From NCBI GenBank assembly GCA_037441285.1, contig JBBISL010000023.1, positions 1-29,417 on the forward strand: a stretch of DNA of 29,417 nt. The letters are read 5' to 3'. The first letter of the stretch is position 1. Every line of letters begins with the position of its first letter. The translations under genes and the position numbers were made by a program. Under the pieces are notes generated by a model. It saw only the letters and a list, made by a program, of their open reading frames with translations. It was not told where the DNA came from and did not search any database. Source of the stretch: a candidate division WOR-3 bacterium. Lineage in GTDB: Bacteria > Hydrothermota > Tepidihabitantia > Tepidihabitantales > Tepidihabitantaceae. Positions 27,782 to 29,417 of the stretch are shown here, piece by piece.

Positions 27782-29161
27782 TTAATAAGCCCCACGACCG
27801 GTTATGACCGCTTTGATTGTCCGGATGATGATGGAAAAATCAAGCCACAGCGACCAGTTGCGGATGTAAAACTCATCAAGCAAAACCCGGTCCTGAAGGG
27901 GCAGTTCTGCCCGCCCTGAAACCTGCCATAAACCGGTCAGCCCTGGTCGGACCCGCACAATGGTCTTGATGTAATCGCCGATCCGAGTCAGTTCTTCCGG
28001 AAGATAAGGCCGTGGACCGACAATCGCCATTTCCCCGCGCAATACATTTATCAGTTGCGGCAGCTCATCAAGACTGAACCGCCGCAGAAACTTACCGATT
28101 GGCGTAATCCGGGGGTCGTTCAAAATTTTGAGATACCGTTCCCACTCTGCTCTCTTATCCGGATTTTTCTCAAGCAACTCCTTGAGCCTGATTTCGGCAT
28201 CCTGATACATCGTGCGAAACTTGAAACAGGTGAAAACTTTTCCATCCTTGCCGATCCGTTTCTGACGGAAAAGAACCGGACCGGGTGAAGAAATTTTCAC
28301 GAGCAAAGCCAGAATGAGAAAGAGCGGGAGAAATAAAACAATCAATACCAGTCCGAGGACAAATTCCAATACCCGTTTTGTCCAGATGTTCAAAGGCCTA
28401 AGTAAATTGTACCGGTACTTCAAAACCAGAAGACTCCCCACCTGTTCGAGTTCGGCGACTGATGTCGCCAGTAAACTGGCATCAGGCACGACCATCAACT
28501 CCGCGCAATGCTCTTCGGCGTAGCGGAAAATCACCTTTAGTTCCTCCGGTGAGAAAGATTGGTTCATAACGACCATCAGTCCGTCATTCGGAAGGTTGAT
28601 TCGTTCCAGCAACTGCTCAACTGTCTCATTTTGGTTTTCCCGTCCAATCCGCTGCACAACCGAATAACCCAGCGTTTGATGACCCTGTAATTCGCGCTTG
28701 AACAAATCTTCAGCAAGCCGGTCCCCGACAATTATCAACGGCTGACTTAAAAACCCTATCCGCACCAGAAGGCGTTTCAACACGGTGCGGATTAAAGGAA
28801 CGAGCACGATGCCCAGTATCATTGCCAGCAGCACGACAAACCGTGAAACAATCCAGAGCCGCACCATGAACAACAGGATTGTCAGCAGGGCGCTTGCCAC
28901 AATCACACCACGGAAACAACGCCTTCTCTCTTCCCAGACCGCCAATCGCTTGGTGTAAAGACCCTCGTAGACAAACACAAACGGATAAACCAATAAAAAA
29001 TAGAGCCGGCTGAAAAGTGCCCCCGCGGCCACTCCGCCTGATAGTCCGTTTCCGGAAAACAACGCCCTGATCAGATAGCCCAGAACAAAACTCACCAGCA
29101 TCGCGACTAAATCACCGACGATTAGTGCCGCAATGGTAAGAATGCCCTTAACCCTTCTCAT
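27782..29161 (-). CDS. Undecaprenyl-phosphate sugar phosphotransferase (WbaP/WcaJ family)
   Basis: Four N-terminal TM helices; KRVLE, FRQKRIG, KFRTM, DPRITPIGKFLRRFSLDELPQL, VGPRP, PGLTGLWQVSGR. Confidence 0.93.
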   Translation of the reverse strand: MRRVKGILTIAALIVGDLVAMLVSFVLGYLIRALFSGNGLSGGVAAGALFSRLYFLLVYPFVFVYEGLYTKRLAVWEERRRCFRGVIVASALLTILLFMVRLWIVSRFVVLLAMILGIVLVPLIRTVLKRLLVRIGFLSQPLIIVGDRLAEDLFKRELQGHQTLGYSVVQRIGRENQNETVEQLLERINLPNDGLMVVMNQSFSPEELKVIFRYAEEHCAELMVVPDASLLATSVAELEQVGSLLVLKYRYNLLRPLNIWTKRVLEFVLGLVLIVLFLPLFLILALLVKISSPGPVLFRQKRIGKDGKVFTCFKFRTMYQDAEIRLKELLEKNPDKRAEWERYLKILNDPRITPIGKFLRRFSLDELPQLINVLRGEMAIVGPRPYLPEELTRIGDYIKTIVRVRPGLTGLWQVSGRAELPLQDRVLLDEFYIRNWSLWLDFSIIIRTIKAVITGRGAY

Positions 29162-29417
29162 CGTTTATCCTTAAGCCGCCAGGAGTACTCATACTCACTC
29201 AAGCCCACCAATCCCGCGCCTTCAGTAATAAATAAATAGCCCGCAAATGCCACGGCGTAACCCAAGCGTGGCAGACAACCTTTACTTTTGGTAAAAAAGC
29301 GGTAAAGGGATTTAATCCGGTGGTATTCGGTACATCTACGCCAGCGGCGCCGCACACCTCCGTAGTAATGGATTATCCTCACTCTGGGGTCTAAGTAAAC
29401 TTTCCATTCCTTTACTC
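29158..29417 (-). CDS. C-terminus of a probable family 2 glycosyltransferase (start beyond the right edge)
   Basis: Frame open to the window edge: ..EWKVYLDPRVRIIHYYGG..HRIKSLYRFF.., a WbbL/GT2-like tail. Stop overlaps the next start. Confidence 0.65.
   Translation of the reverse strand, partial: VKEWKVYLDPRVRIIHYYGGVRRRWRRCTEYHRIKSLYRFFTKSKGCLPRLGYAVAFAGYLFITEGAGLVGLSEYEYSWRLKDKR

Noticed and set aside
1..29417. CRISPR arrays, tRNA/rRNA, IS/integrase genes, additional Sec codons
   Set aside because: I saw no spaced repeats, RNA-gene signatures or transposase motifs. The other TGA stops I checked end full-length proteins. This was by eye, not by covariance-model search.

Overview
Bacterial chromosomal window, about 50% GC and gene-dense. 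I see no rRNA, tRNA, CRISPR array or mobile element. The gene content (T9SS-CTD/FlgD-tailed surface proteins, a PorZ-like propeller, a GWxTD-like protein, class V FBP aldolase/phosphatase, Hdr proteins, LpxB) suggests an anaerobic diderm such as candidate phylum WOR-3; this is inference only. The centrepiece is a minus-strand operon (11737->2931): a four-subunit 2-oxoacid:ferredoxin oxidoreductase, an NfnB/GltD-like NAD(P)H flavoprotein, an MvhD-HdrD fusion and an HdrA-MvhD-zinc-ribbon fusion. The ORF track splits the HdrA gene in two, but it reads as one 849-aa selenoprotein: an in-frame TGA falls at the conserved CxxC position and a bacterial SECIS hairpin follows it. A second, divergent OFOR operon lies next to a deaminase, a GNAT and hutU. 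The ORF track also missed a tandem-PKD lipoprotein gene with a ~230-nt, seven-hairpin 5' leader, and a 55-aa protein with two CCxxCx5C motifs. The LpxB homologue lacks its catalytic Asp.
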